A DNA stretch of 64,000 nt. It comes from Leidyana gryllorum EB-2025a (lineage: Eukaryota; Protista; Apicomplexa). The notes under the pieces were generated by a model, which had not been told where the DNA came from, searched no databases, and worked only from the letters and a program-made list of their open reading frames with translations. Positions 24,353-36,368 of the stretch are shown piece by piece. The stretch is from contig JBLWGC010000035.1 in the NCBI GenBank assembly GCA_048772705.1, positions 62,001 through 126,000 of the forward strand, read 5' to 3'. The position numbers and the translations under genes were made by a program. The stretch's first letter is position 1. Every line of letters starts with the position of its first letter.

Positions 24353-24386
24353 CTTAGTCACATTTTTCGCCGAAAAAAAATAGTCC

Positions 24387-27300
24387 ATGGCTGGCATCTT
24401 CGAATGGGCATCGAGCTCTCTGGGGGCACTGAAGGATTCCGTCTTCAACGTGAGATCAACCTTCTCTCCTCCTCCCGTCCAACACCCTCCAGACTATCAT
24501 TCCGCAACCGGAACCTGTTCCGGTCCCGCAGCTTAGTTCCAAGCGACCCCCCAACAAGGCTGGGGGCAAACAGAACAAGAAGAAGAAGAAACCCGCCCGA
24601 AAAGCCGGTCGCCCTAACCAGGGAGACAATGAAAGCTCTGATCAAGACAACACCATAGCTTCCCCCAAGGCCGTCGACGCACAGGCCGCTTCCGCTGGAG
24701 ATAAACCCACCGCCGAGGAGTCGCCCGCCAAGAAGCAGCCCGTCGAAGCGTCCGCCTCCGAGGAGGAGGAAGACGGAGAGGGATCAGAGCAGGACACCGC
24801 CCCATCTCCCGCTGAGATTGCGCGTCAAGAAAAGTCGCGCAAGCTGGCTGCTGCCCGCAAAGAGAAGCTCAAAGCCAAGAAGGCCCTTCTGGCGACCTCT
24901 GTGGTAAGTGTTAAATCACCAACCCAGGCCTCCACACAAACCTCATCTCCAGGTGCGTGAGATGCCCACGGACCCGCTCGAAGCTGATCGCAAGAAGATG
25001 TACGCTGAGCTCCAAGTTCAGTTCAAAGCCGTGCCTACCTTGGACACTTCCAACCCGGCCGCTGTTCGGATGCACTTCCAGGAAGTCCAGAAAGCTTTGG
25101 AAACTTTCGCCGCCAGCGTGGAAGGAACACTCAAAGACTTTGGTCGTAAGGTACCCAAATGCGACGTCCGCGAGAAGTCTGCCGCCCAACTGCGTCAAGA
25201 CATCCAGAAAATCGAGTTCTCGGAGAATCGCGACGATCTATTGATGGCTAGAAAGATAGAAGAATTGACGGCGCTGATTTGTCAAGAGAACCACAGAGTA
25301 TTCGCCCAAAGACTCAACAAGATGAAAGACGAAGCCGAAAACCGCATGAACACCAACCGTCAAGTGCTCGCCAAGGCTGCCGACTCAGAAAATAGAGACC
25401 GCGTTGTCGTCAGACTCCGTACTCTATACGAGATGGCACACTCAGAAGACGAAGTAGAGGCCGCAGATCTCGTTCAACGCACATTGGACCTCTCTGCTGC
25501 CTCAGGATCCGCTCTGTTCCAGCCTTTCAACCTCTTGCGCAAACTCGAACGCAAGTTTTTGGTCATCGGAGAGCAACCCAACCGTCAAGCAGCTCCCGAG
25601 AGACGTGGACCCTCCCGCAGCATCACCATTTGGGGCACAGAGGCCAACGTGGAGAAGGCAGTTGAATATATTCAAAAAGTTGATGCTGCTGGACTCCAGA
25701 AGAGAAACTTTGATCGCAAGCTTTTTGGAGCGATCATCGGACGTGGCGGAGCCGGACTGCTCCGTCTCGAAGAACTCTCGGGCTGTTTCTTGGCCGTTGA
25801 CGGGCAGTAAGTCGAAGATTGAGCCGTCCTCTCTTCAAACGCATCTCTTCTTAGAACGGAAGCTCAAGTGGTCGCATATGGCCCACCCGACGCTTGCGAA
25901 GTTGCATTCGAAGCGATAGAAAAGCTAAAGACGGAGGCGCCCACAGAGGCCGCGGCTGTGGTAACAGATTTGCCCATCGATCCAGTCGTCGGCCGCGCTC
26001 TCCAAGCTTTGCATCGCGCCAAAGTACAGAATGTCGAAATGGACACCAAGTCCCGTTTGACTATCTTAGTTAACCCCTCGGATGGCACATCTCGTAAGTG
26101 CTATTCTGGTCGCAGACTCACCTCTCCACCTCAGCGCGTATTCTCATCCGGACTCGTGCTGAATTAATGGACAAGGCTCGGGCTATGGTCAAATCGGAGT
26201 TGATTGATGGATACGTCCATTTGACTTTCGATGGACCTCAAAGAGCTGTAATTCGGCTCTTGGTGCCGCCTCGGAATGCAAGCGAGACTGCGCAATCGCG
26301 TATTTTGCATAATGAATTCCGCGCTCTGAGAGACGCCCTAGCTTTGTTCGTTGACCGTATAGGTGGCCGTCCGCAACGCGGGGAAGATGGAAACCTTCCT
26401 CCCATTAGTGATGACGGTCCATCCGGACTTGAGGTAGTCTGTCATAAGATGGATGAGGAGCAGGTCAAAACTAAAGTCCCCGACCTCCTCCAGAGAGCGT
26501 CTTACAATATTGCACGCATTCCAATTGAGCGTGAACAGCTCCGCATATTCGTAAGTCACTCATCGAACGGCACCAGCCTGAAAATCTATTTTTGCCAGAC
26601 CCCCGACAACCGTGCCTTGATCGAGGCCTCATCACAGTGCCGGTTGGCTGTAAACGCCTCTCAACAAGGCGCATTCCTCAATCTGATGGGTCTTGATGAA
26701 GCAATTGAAGCAGGAAAGAAGGTCGTCAGCGAGATTTTAGAGAGAGAAGGCAAGGTCGTTCGTCATCCAATCGAGGACCCCGAAGTAATCAACCAGCTCC
26801 TGCGCGACCGGGCTGCTAAGCTGCGAGCAATCGAGCAAGAGTACAATGTTTCTATCTCGATCTTCCGGGAGACCAACGACGCTAGTTTGGTGGGAGATGA
26901 AGAATCTCTCAGATTGGCTATCGAAGCCATCCAGACTATGGTCGATGAACGTAAAGCCCGCAAGGCGAACACCGAAACTTTGGAAATGGTTGTCGGTAAG
27001 TCTAAGCTTCTTCTTTGCTGTGTTGTGCGTGTGTCTCCCGATCGTGTCTTTCCACACACACTTTTGTTGTGATGTGCGATCTTGTTGAAATGGAATCTAT
27101 GACCTTTTGCAGAGGCGTCCAAACTGCCGAGAATTATCGGCCGCCAAGGCGCGACTATCAACGACATTCGTAGAACTTCGGAGGTCGATAATATCCACAT
27201 CCCGCAAAGGGACAGGAACAATCCTAATGATGATGAGGATGTCACCATTACCATCACAGGCTTGAAGGACAGTGTACAGGTCGCCCAGAAGATGATCGAG

Positions 27301-27796
27301 AGAATCTTAAACATCGTAAGTAGTCGTTGGGATAGTTATCGAGCATATTCGTGATTCGGCAGTCTCGTCCCGAACGGAGTCCCCGTGGTGGCAACCAGGA
27401 CGACGAGCAGCAAGATGTGTCTTCCCCGAGAGTGGAGAGCGGAGGTCCACCATCGCGCAGACAACGTGGCCGTGGTCGTGCCATGGCCCCTCGTGATGAG
27501 ATGCCAGGTGCTCCTCCTGCGCCAAGTCGTGCAGCCTATGGAGGACGTATGAGGCAGAATCCAGCTGATTTTGCCAAGTACGACGATACAGACTTCCCCA
27601 CTATTGAGGCCGGTGAGTGAGATTGCTTGTGGGGTTGTGTAGAATCGGACTTTTTGTTTCAGCTTCCGGGATGAAGACACCGGCTGTACCTCTAGGTGCC
27701 CAGCAGCAGTTCGAGGATGCCCCTGCTGCTGTGGACAGACTGGACGACGAGGACATAGACAAGGAGGAAGTAGAGATCCAAGCGTTCGAGGACTGA
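24387..27796 (+). CDS. Multi-KH-domain RNA-binding protein (vigilin-like); multi-exon
   Basis: KH GxxG motifs FGAIIGRGGAGL and PRIIGRQGATINDI; degenerate KH LLRDRAAKLRAIEQEYNVSI; coiled-coil N-terminus. Confidence 0.8.
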
Positions 27797-27906
27797 GTGA
27801 GGGTTCTTCCTGTGTTTTTGTCAGGTTTTTGTTTACACGATAAACAACCCCTCTCCCCCGCGATCACTCACTCATTCACTTACTCAATCACTGGATCAGG
27901 TCGCTA

Positions 27907-28644
27907 ATGCTTCCACTGTTTATTGGCCTTGTAGCGGCGGCTAGTGGTGCTGCCGTGTTGGAGAGCCAGGCAGACTTCTCTTTACTTGAGCACTTCCGAG
28001 CTTACCAACAACGCCAGCTGCCCTCTTATCATAGTACACCGATCGATCTGAATGGCGCTGCCTCTCCCATTATTCCGGGTTCGGGCGCTAACGCTGGCGC
28101 CGCGGCTGCTGCCGCAGTGGTTCTCAGTGAAGACAAAGACAAAGACAAGGACAAGGACGGTGTTCCGGATGTAAATGACTCTGCCGATGATGACGAGGAA
28201 GAGGAGGCCGAAGCCAACTGGGCCGAGCGGAATCAAAGCACGGGTGAGTGGATTGGAGCGGCGTGAGAGTCTGTTTTGCAGTGATAGCAGCCGCGGTGGC
28301 GGTACCGTTAGCCTTGTTGGGAATGGCTGGTCTGTCTGCCTACGTTCAACGAAGCAGGTACGGTTTGTATGTCTGAGAGGCTATGTGACTGACTAACTGC
28401 TTGATCGGGGTAGAACGGTAGACGAAGACTCAGAATCGATTGATAGCGCCTTTGGGATGCGTCGGACTATTGATGACGAAGACGAAAGTTCTGTAGGAGG
28501 TCTCACTGAAGGTGGGCTCTTTGTCTAGGATAGGCTGTGTGGGTCAACGAAGCTGGCCGGTGCTCAGACGGTTTCCAGAGCAAGTTTGAGGTCGGTAACG
28601 ATGCAGCAATGTGGGCAAAGCAGGCGGACTTCTCCGCCTTCTAG
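27907..28644 (+). CDS. Type I membrane protein with TRAP/MIC2-like TM and acidic Trp-containing tail; introns 28244-28281, 28358-28413, 28512-28567
   Basis: Signal peptide MLPLFIGLVAAASG; TM VIAAAVAVPLALLGMAGLSAY; tail ...DDEDESSVGGLTEDGFQSKFEVGNDAAMWAKQADFSAF; intron 2 has an ACTAAC branch site. Confidence 0.68.
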
Positions 28645-28950
28645 GTGCTTTGTGACACACTGACTGGAGGTTCCCGCGGCCGGAATCATATAGTACCCTC
28701 CTCTTTTGTCGGTCCAGGAAGAGAAGTATGTCTTCGCCCTAATCTTCATTATTCCAGGTAGCCTGCCAATTCGCATCCTTCGTTTTGCGGCTAATGTTCT
28801 CCCCATCCCGTCCCTATCTTCTATTAACCATATCAGTGAGATCGACACTCTTTGCCAGTGAGAAGATCTTTGATCTTTGCAGCCCTTATTGCGCCTTCTC
28901 ACAACCACCGGCACCCCGAACCCTCCTATATTAGCTATTCTACCGCTTGA

Positions 28951-30623
28951 ATATGATGTCAATTGTTCCTTGTGCACTCTTGTGATCCGTCTACGGGCGC
29001 GTTATGCTCTTTTTCAAGTGGCTGTAGTCGATGAACAACGAACGACGGACCAGCAGCAAGAATTGGCGCTCCCGCTGGACGCAGCAGGTATTGAGAGAAG
29101 AAGAGTCTCTCCACGCACCTTAAATCGTTGCTTCAGTGTTATCGGCGATTGTCAACCTTTCAGCCGACGGAAAATGCGTATGCTGGGCAGCCGACCCGAC
29201 GGCTTCGGCTCACCTATTTGGTACGGAGCACACACTTTCTCTTATTGCGGGAATCTGCACTGCTTGACCAGTTCGATACGATTTTCGAGTTGGGGGTTCG
29301 GACAAGTGTCTGTATCTACAGGCCAAATCTACAGGCGACACTGGCGTCATCAAGCCAGAACATCCTGGAATTCAACTAGCGCTCTCGGTCCACTACACCC
29401 CAGCCGATGTCCCAGCAGTCGCTCTCTGGAGCTCCGCCCACCAAGTGTTGAACGCTGGCGCTGCCGACAGGCCGGCCTGGAGAGTGCTGATTCCAGCCTC
29501 ATGGCAACTCCGTCTGGATCGTCAGGCAGCTCCAGTGGGTATTCTGGAAGAGAATATCAAGCAATCGTCTCCAAGAAGCAAATCAGGTGGTAAGGATCGA
29601 CTAGTTATTCGTCTAGAAGACTATGCGGACGAGATGGAATCTGTCAAGGTGATGCAAGTCGCAATTCTACACTCCGGATTTTTCGTTCCTCTAACATTCT
29701 CGATATTACAAATCTACGATTCGATCATCTCCCGACTTCGAGAAATAACTGATTTACTCGGATTCACTGTCGGATACCCGCTGGCAGCCGAGGCAAACTT
29801 TTCAGAACTCGGTGTTCCGGTGCTCTCGGCGACAGTCGCCTCCCGCCATCAACTCAACTGGAAGTTTGAGGAAAAGTGGAACCTGCTAACCGTACTTTAC
29901 AGCATAAGTGACACGAATCTCCACTCATTGGACTCTGGGCTCATAGTGGAGCGCATAGTCGAAGGCCTGCTGAAATTTGCAGAAAGGATCCAAAGCGAGG
30001 GCCTTCGGCTGCTCTGTGGCCAGGAACTACAACGCCGAGATGAACTGCAGCGTATATATGCTCCAATCCTCGGTCAAAGCTTATCATCAATATCACGCAG
30101 AGTACAAAACCTACTCCCCGAAGACATATATGATGCGTGCCAAAGCGAGGACACTCTACAGGGAGTCTTTCTCGATGTTATTGATATTACAATTCCGGAT
30201 CCTATCGCGCGTAGATTGGATAATATGATACCACCAACTACAAAACTTCTCAGACTGGAGGACCCGCACACCGATTGTGATCAGCAATCCTTCGACACTT
30301 CTACTGCCATATTGATGGGAGCAGAACGACTCTGCGTGATCACTGGATATAAGTCTGCAGACAGCTCCTTGGAACTGACGTCGCCCAGCCCCGATGGCCA
30401 CTCCGTCAATGAACCCACAAATCAATGTGTGCCAGGGGCCATCCATAGTAGTAGCTCATCCGCGATAGTATCCCGGGAAAGAAGCGCAAGTGCATCATCA
30501 ATGTCTGCGACTGAGTTCGGATATAATAAGACCTTGACTCCTCATGTGTTGGGAACTGCCTTCTCAGCATTGCAACAATATGGTGATCACCATGTTATGA
30601 ATACGGACATTGAATCGTCATAA
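28951..30623 (+). CDS. Hypothetical protein; 5' exons and start uncertain
   Basis: 392-aa ORF extends upstream in frame through a GT-AG intron at 29221-29271 and another near 29088-29137; no recognised domain. Confidence 0.5.
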
Positions 30624-30650
30624 TTGTTACGATGTCTCGTCTGTATATTC

Positions 30651-31184
30651 TCAAGCCCCGGAAGTCATCAAGAACCCACCTTCACCGATAAAATCAAGGT
30701 CAGCATGAGCAAGCGGACGGTGAACAAAGGAAGATACATCTGATGGATCTGGTAGGTCTGTCATGCGATGAAAAGTCAAAGGCGCTATTCTGAGCTTGGA
30801 GAACGGCTTGTGCACACGAACGACATCTCGATGATGGACTTCATCGCGCCACCCAAAGTCACGCAGCACACGCATCACACGTGTGCGATCAGACACTGCG
30901 TCTGGTTTGTACTCTGGCTGGGGTGGGAAGGCGGCCAATTGGACCCGGCGCTGGGGGTTGAGCGCTGTCGCTAGACTCCAGAAGCCTCCTTGGCCTATCA
31001 TTCGACGTGCACCCTCACTATCAGGAAATGTCAACAACGGTCGGGCTTCACGTAGCAATGGCATTATTTGCTCAAAAAAATCCCGTACCAAGACGTACTC
31101 CCTTGAAATCAGGCTGGAAGGCTGGGCCATGGAAAGGTGAAAGAACAGTACGTGCACATAGATCCAAATAGATGCTACTCTCAT
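30651..31184 (-). CDS. Putative secreted protein, 177 aa, intronless
   Basis: Signal peptide MRVASIWIYVHVLFFHLSMA. Confidence 0.62.
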   Translation of the reverse strand: MRVASIWIYVHVLFFHLSMAQPSSLISREYVLVRDFFEQIMPLLREARPLLTFPDSEGARRMIGQGGFWSLATALNPQRRVQLAAFPPQPEYKPDAVSDRTRVMRVLRDFGWRDEVHHRDVVRVHKPFSKLRIAPLTFHRMTDLPDPSDVSSFVHRPLAHADLDFIGEGGFLMTSGA

Positions 31185-31242
31185 ACTAAATCAGTCCGGT
31201 GACACTCAGAAAATAGATTCACAATCACCGAAAAACTCGCTA

Positions 31243-34200
31243 CTAATAAAAGTCGACACCTTGCAACATCGATGCTATATGTTTCAGAGTTGAAGCAGCA
31301 TCTGCAACGCTTGACGTGGTCGCCGGAGGGCTATTCTTGGCTATGGCCACGGTGGTTTCGGAGGTGGTACCCGCTGGTGTTGTCGTAGGATCAGCCACGG
31401 TAGTGGTGGACCCATCAGAAGGTGCCACTGTCGTCATGGCTGCCTGTTTAGTAGTTGGCGCGATGGTAGTACCCTGGAGTAAGTCGGCCGCGTCCGTGAT
31501 GAGAGGCTGCGACTTCACATCTGCAACTGCTGAAGGTGTTGTGGAGGAGGTCTGAACGGGTTTGGGGGGCGGCGTCGCAGCTATGTCTACCGCTTCGGTC
31601 GTGGTATCATGCCGAGTCTCGCTGGTTGTGTCTTGTAAGACCGTTTCAGTTTTGGTGTCGGCCTTGGCTGGGGGCGGGCTAGTGCTCAGCGCTTCGGCTG
31701 TGGAGGTAGTGGTTGGGGATGTGGTCTGTAAGACCAGTCGTGGCGGAGTAGAGGTACTGGTGCTGGTGGTGCCTTCACTGACGCTTTGGCTCGTCTTGGT
31801 ATCCTCCGAAGAGGACGTGTTGCTCGGGGCGGCCATGAGATCGTCCATCTGTCCAGCCGTGTCCGGATGATCCGCCTGCGGACGGGAGAGTCCGGAAGCG
31901 GAAGCCTCAGGAGAGAGATCGGGAGTGGACGTCTGAGGAGCGGACGCCTGAGAGGAGAGTAACGGAGCGGGAGCGGCGGGAGGGGAGAGTCCAGGTTGGC
32001 CGGACCCGGCGTCGCCTATCGGTGGCAGTATGCTCATGGGGGCAGGAGGACCGTTGGTGTCTGGTCCCACGAGCGGATCTCCGATCCCTGCTCCTGCTGT
32101 CTCTGTTACGGGTCTTCCACAGCCGCTGGAAGGAGCGCTGGCCAGGTCTGGGCCCTGGCCGCCCTGGGCAGTCTTCTCAGCTGGGAGTGCTGCGTCGGCA
32201 GGAGCGGCTGGCGGGAGAGGCTGGACTCGCTGCGGCTGGGGAGGGGACCAGGCTTGGAGCTGTCCGATAGCGGCTGGTGCCGTGTTGAATGTGCCCTGAA
32301 GGCTGAGGGCTGCTTGTTCTACGGGCACTACAACCATAGCTAGGAGGTTGCCGATCTGTTCTCGCAGTTGTTCTCCGGCTTGCGCCAAGGAAGCGCAAAG
32401 TTCTCCACAACCCGCTGTAGCTAAAGAGGCTAAGATCATATTGATTTGATGGAGGAAGGCGTCTAAAGCGGTTATAGGTATCTGGAGGACACTAGCGATT
32501 TGAGCCACAGCAGTACTGTAGGGGTCAGCTTGAAGTGAAACGTCCGAAACTGAAGTGGGAACCCGAACTGGAGCAATCTGTGGAGGTTGAGCGACCGACC
32601 ACGGCATACTCAGCCAGGATTCCAGAGCGTTCCCCCAAACTTTGAGGGATTCCCGCATGTGAGGTAACCACACGTCAGCTGGATGAGAGATTGTCACTCG
32701 ATTGGTCGACGAACTGGGGTCAATGAAACCCTGATTGAACTGAAAATTCACTGGACTCGATACGGCCTGAGTCGTCACCGAAGGCGATGATCTATCGTAC
32801 GTGGCACTCAGAGGTCCCATTATCATCGAAACGGGAGAACTGCTCCCGCCACCTCCAGCAGACTGTGTGCTCACACTCCCGCCACCTCCAGCAGACTGTG
32901 TGCTCACACTCCCGCCACCTCCAGCAGACTGTGTGCTCACACTGCTGCCATCACCCCCACTACCGACCGCCTGAACTGTGTCGGCTCCGGAGGAGGCCGC
33001 TGGGTCTGCTGTTGTTGCACCACCACCGATGCTGCTGACACCTCCCTGTTCCAACTGTTCTGTGTATAAATCGTACTGTTCCTCTGTAGTCACAGTGGTC
33101 CACTCCCCACTGTTCGTCACCACCACAGTCGCTGGCAGGTTGCCGGTGAGGGTATACCCGCCTGTGGTCGAATACGAACTCGGCTCAGCCACAGGCACAC
33201 CTCCCTGACTTTCCAGAATAGCATTGCCAGACCCCGGGTCTCCATTGAAGTGACCGTCCAAACGACTGGGAGAGCCCGCGGGAGGATACCCACTGTCGTG
33301 TTCATACACCGGAACCGTCACCCCGCCGCCCGGAGCTGTTGCATCCGGCGCAGAGTTGTTCCCATCCGGCGCGGTGGCCGCACTCTGAGCTGAGTTGAAG
33401 GTCCCTCCGCCGCCGCTGGTGCCTGATGGATCAGCGGCTGCCAACAATGATGGGTCAAATCCAGCAGAACTGGCGCTCATGGTGCTTGGCGGCCCAGGGA
33501 ACGCTGCAAAGTCAGTAATGTAAGGGGTGACTCTGCCCGGGCTCTCGAATTGGTACGTCCAGCCCCCGTGGGGCCTCTGGACGGGGGTGTGAAGTGACTG
33601 AATGTTTCTATTGTCCGGTCCGTTGCCCAGATAGAATCCTCCAGCCGGTGTGATCCGGCCTCGTCCAACAAACTTTCGTCTCCCAAGTTGAGACTGAGGG
33701 GTGTAAGCGCTCGCTTCCCCCACAGATCGACTTCGAGACACAGGCCCGCCGCCGTACCCATTTGCTCCACTCGGGCCGCCACCAACACTTTGGGTTGTCA
33801 CCTGACCACCAGCGGACTGTGGACTGGATGCTTGAGGTGATACCCTTCCACCAAAGAAGCCTCGGGCTGTTTCCAGGTCCAACGGCCGCTGAGTGATGAC
33901 TGCCCCCGAGTTGGCAGCAGGAGTCAGAATATATTGCATATGAGCCGACTGCGACTGTTGCGGTTGAGATATAGATTGGGTAGAGGGCGCAGATGCGGCT
34001 GCAGGCCGTAAGTTTGGAGTTGGTGGAGAGGTCGCTGGTGCGCTTCCGCCGCCTGAAGCGTCACTTATCGGTTTGGTAAACATATCAATTAGTGCCTGGA
34101 AGTGCAGTTGACGCATTCGGTCGTGAAGTTGAGTAGTCATCTCCGCAAGTCCGGCACGATCAAAGTCATCTTCGAACATCCATTCCTCAATACCGCCATT

Positions 34201-34251
34201 GTGGGGCTCTGCGATACAAAGTACGAAGCAAACAGCGAAGAAGAGTCTCAT
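31243..34251 (-). CDS. Large secreted low-complexity, mucin-like (S/T/G/P-rich) protein, about 1000 aa
   Basis: Signal peptide MRLFFAVCFVLCIA at 34251; uninterrupted ORF; Thr-rich C-terminus. Confidence 0.75.
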   Translation of the reverse strand: MRLFFAVCFVLCIAEPHNGGIEEWMFEDDFDRAGLAEMTTQLHDRMRQLHFQALIDMFTKPISDASGGGSAPATSPPTPNLRPAAASAPSTQSISQPQQSQSAHMQYILTPAANSGAVITQRPLDLETARGFFGGRVSPQASSPQSAGGQVTTQSVGGGPSGANGYGGGPVSRSRSVGEASAYTPQSQLGRRKFVGRGRITPAGGFYLGNGPDNRNIQSLHTPVQRPHGGWTYQFESPGRVTPYITDFAAFPGPPSTMSASSAGFDPSLLAAADPSGTSGGGGTFNSAQSAATAPDGNNSAPDATAPGGGVTVPVYEHDSGYPPAGSPSRLDGHFNGDPGSGNAILESQGGVPVAEPSSYSTTGGYTLTGNLPATVVVTNSGEWTTVTTEEQYDLYTEQLEQGGVSSIGGGATTADPAASSGADTVQAVGSGGDGSSVSTQSAGGGGSVSTQSAGGGGSVSTQSAGGGGSSSPVSMIMGPLSATYDRSSPSVTTQAVSSPVNFQFNQGFIDPSSSTNRVTISHPADVWLPHMRESLKVWGNALESWLSMPWSVAQPPQIAPVRVPTSVSDVSLQADPYSTAVAQIASVLQIPITALDAFLHQINMILASLATAGCGELCASLAQAGEQLREQIGNLLAMVVVPVEQAALSLQGTFNTAPAAIGQLQAWSPPQPQRVQPLPPAAPADAALPAEKTAQGGQGPDLASAPSSGCGRPVTETAGAGIGDPLVGPDTNGPPAPMSILPPIGDAGSGQPGLSPPAAPAPLLSSQASAPQTSTPDLSPEASASGLSRPQADHPDTAGQMDDLMAAPSNTSSSEDTKTSQSVSEGTTSTSTSTPPRLVLQTTSPTTTSTAEALSTSPPPAKADTKTETVLQDTTSETRHDTTTEAVDIAATPPPKPVQTSSTTPSAVADVKSQPLITDAADLLQGTTIAPTTKQAAMTTVAPSDGSTTTVADPTTTPAGTTSETTVAIAKNSPPATTSSVADAASTLKHIASMLQGVDFY
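32843..32941. repeat. Three perfect 33-bp coding tandem repeats encoding SVSTQSAGGGG
   Basis: ctcccgccacctccagcagactgtgtgctcaca at 32843, 32876 and 32909. Confidence 0.92.
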
Positions 34252-34297
34252 TATCCTCGTCAGTTCAGACGCGGAAAACCCGATTATTTTTTCCGCC

Positions 34298-36230
34298 ATG
34301 GACCGAGCTGTGTTGTTACAGTACCCACTCCCAGTCCCCAGCTTGGTGCGTGAGGGAGAATGCCGAGAGACCGGTGGAGTATGTGTAGCATTACCCCTCG
34401 TTGTCGGAGAGGGATTCACTCTGGGGCATAGCTGCTATTTCGCTGTTGTAAAGGGGGCTGTGGAAGTGTTTGGAGCGCGTGTTGAAGGTGGAGCTTCCCC
34501 CCACTTCCATGAATATCTAAAGGCCAGCGATGAAGTAACACCCATCACAGTCACAGTAGTGCCTCCAATCACAGACCATTCGCAAGCGACCTGCAAACGA
34601 TGCGGCTCGCACTGCGGAAGCTCCGCCACACTGTGTGACTTGGCTCGCTTATCTGACGCCGTCATAATCTTGAGGAAGCATCCCAATACCTCTCGCACTC
34701 CCGTAAAGGGGCTGCTACCGGTCGATATGGGCCTCACAGTACCTCCAGAATGGGACGCAATTGCCACATCTTGGCTGGGCACCGCTACCTCTGCCGTCAA
34801 AGCAGAAGAACAATTCAACCCACCAAGTTTTGTTATCGCCGGAGGGACTGGAACCGGAAAGTCAACCTTCACACTCTGGATGGCCCACCGCTGTCTCCAA
34901 CATAAGCTCCTCCCTGCTGTCCTCGATCTCGACCCGGGGCAGCCAATGTTCGGAGTCCCGGGTTGTCTCACACTCAGTCTGGTAAGCCTCCTCCCCGCGC
35001 TTATGTAATCACTTCCACCCTATTGTTCCCTGCTGCCTTCCCTTTCAATGCCACTGCTGATACTGCCATTTCTTTGCAGCTTGTTGAGCCCTGCTTCTCC
35101 CTCAATGTGGCTCGTCCAAGCAAGGCTCCACTGCGAGTGCGGAGCATCTACTTTGGGCACACCAGCCCGGAAGGGGCTGTTCTCACCTTCCTCGAGTACA
35201 CCCACCTCTTATTGTCCACCTATCGAAGACTGCTTGTGGCTCACAAGACTCTCACGACAGACAGTGACGGACAGAAGGCCACTCCAGTGCTACTCATTAA
35301 TACCCCGGGGTGGATAGCTGGTACTGGTTGGCAACTGGTCGATGCCATCGGCTCGATGGCACAAGCGACGCAGATGCTGGTCATAACTCCCCCTGGAACC
35401 GAAGGAGATGATGGAACTGAGAACATTTGGGCTCCTCGCAATATTCAAGGACTGCCACCTACATTTGCTCAATTTCTGTTGAGCAAGAACCAAGCATACG
35501 TGACTCCGTGGTTTGCCCACTCGGCAAGTGATCGACAGATCCGAGAGATACAAACGGTGGTCAATAGTCCCCTCGGAGGCACTGCCCGTGGCAGAGCGCG
35601 ACGGGCGAGAATACTGCAGCACCTGTTTGATTTCGTCGACGAAGCTCCCAATGACTATGAGAACTGTAGATCGGCGGAATTGCGGACCATTCCCCGACGA
35701 GTTGAGCTGAATCTGGCCGAATGTGAGTTCAGAACGCCTGGGGCTGATTCAAGTGCATGGAGGCATGGAGAGTTGTCGAAATACAATGTAAGAAAATCGA
35801 GAGGTTCTCCAGCTCAAACTCTTCTTAGTTGAACGCCATGTTTGATAAATCGATGGTGGCTTTGGAGTATCGGAGCCAGGGCGACTACGAATTTCTGTGC
35901 CTCGGAATGGTGTGCAGCATCAATTGGACAAAGCAAACGGTAAGACGGCGCGTGTGTGTCCAGCACACACTATACCATTTTAATGATCAGCTGATCGTGG
36001 CTGTCGCTCGAAGTTGCACTGGACCCTTGCCGCGCACACTGCGTTTGACACTAGCGTAAGGCACAATGGAAGGATATCTGCAACGATGTACACAGGTCCT
36101 CCATGCTACCGCCTCCGGTTTTACAGCTCGCTTCCGAATGGGCGGAAGGGATCAGTGGGTTAGGTAAAGGGCTACGCCGGAAAGACGTCGGAGTATTGGG
36201 GAAAAGCTCCAAGGTAAGACTGATGGTTTA
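34298..36230 (+). CDS. Clp1/NOL9/Grc3-family polynucleotide 5'-kinase; multi-exon, 3' end approximate
   Basis: P-loop IAGGTGTGKST, LDLDPGQPMFGVPGCLTL, YFGHTSP, LINTPGWIAGTG. Confidence 0.85.
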
Positions 36231-36368
36231 ATCTGATGTTGAAAGGTCTACTTTAGTTGCGAAGTCGTCGGATCGGTCGGCGCGTTCGAGTTTGACTGGT
36301 CATGTGTGTAGTTGACATTTTCACGGTTGGGACCGAGTGGCCGACGAGGACTTGTGAAGACTCCGACG

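Noticed and set aside
32843-32941. 33-bp direct repeats resembling a CRISPR array
   Set aside because: No spacers, in-frame coding repeats in a eukaryotic gene, and no cas genes.
34297-34300. Overlapping CATG start codons for two divergent genes
   Set aside because: The minus gene more plausibly starts at 34251, where the signal peptide begins; cannot be settled without TSS data.
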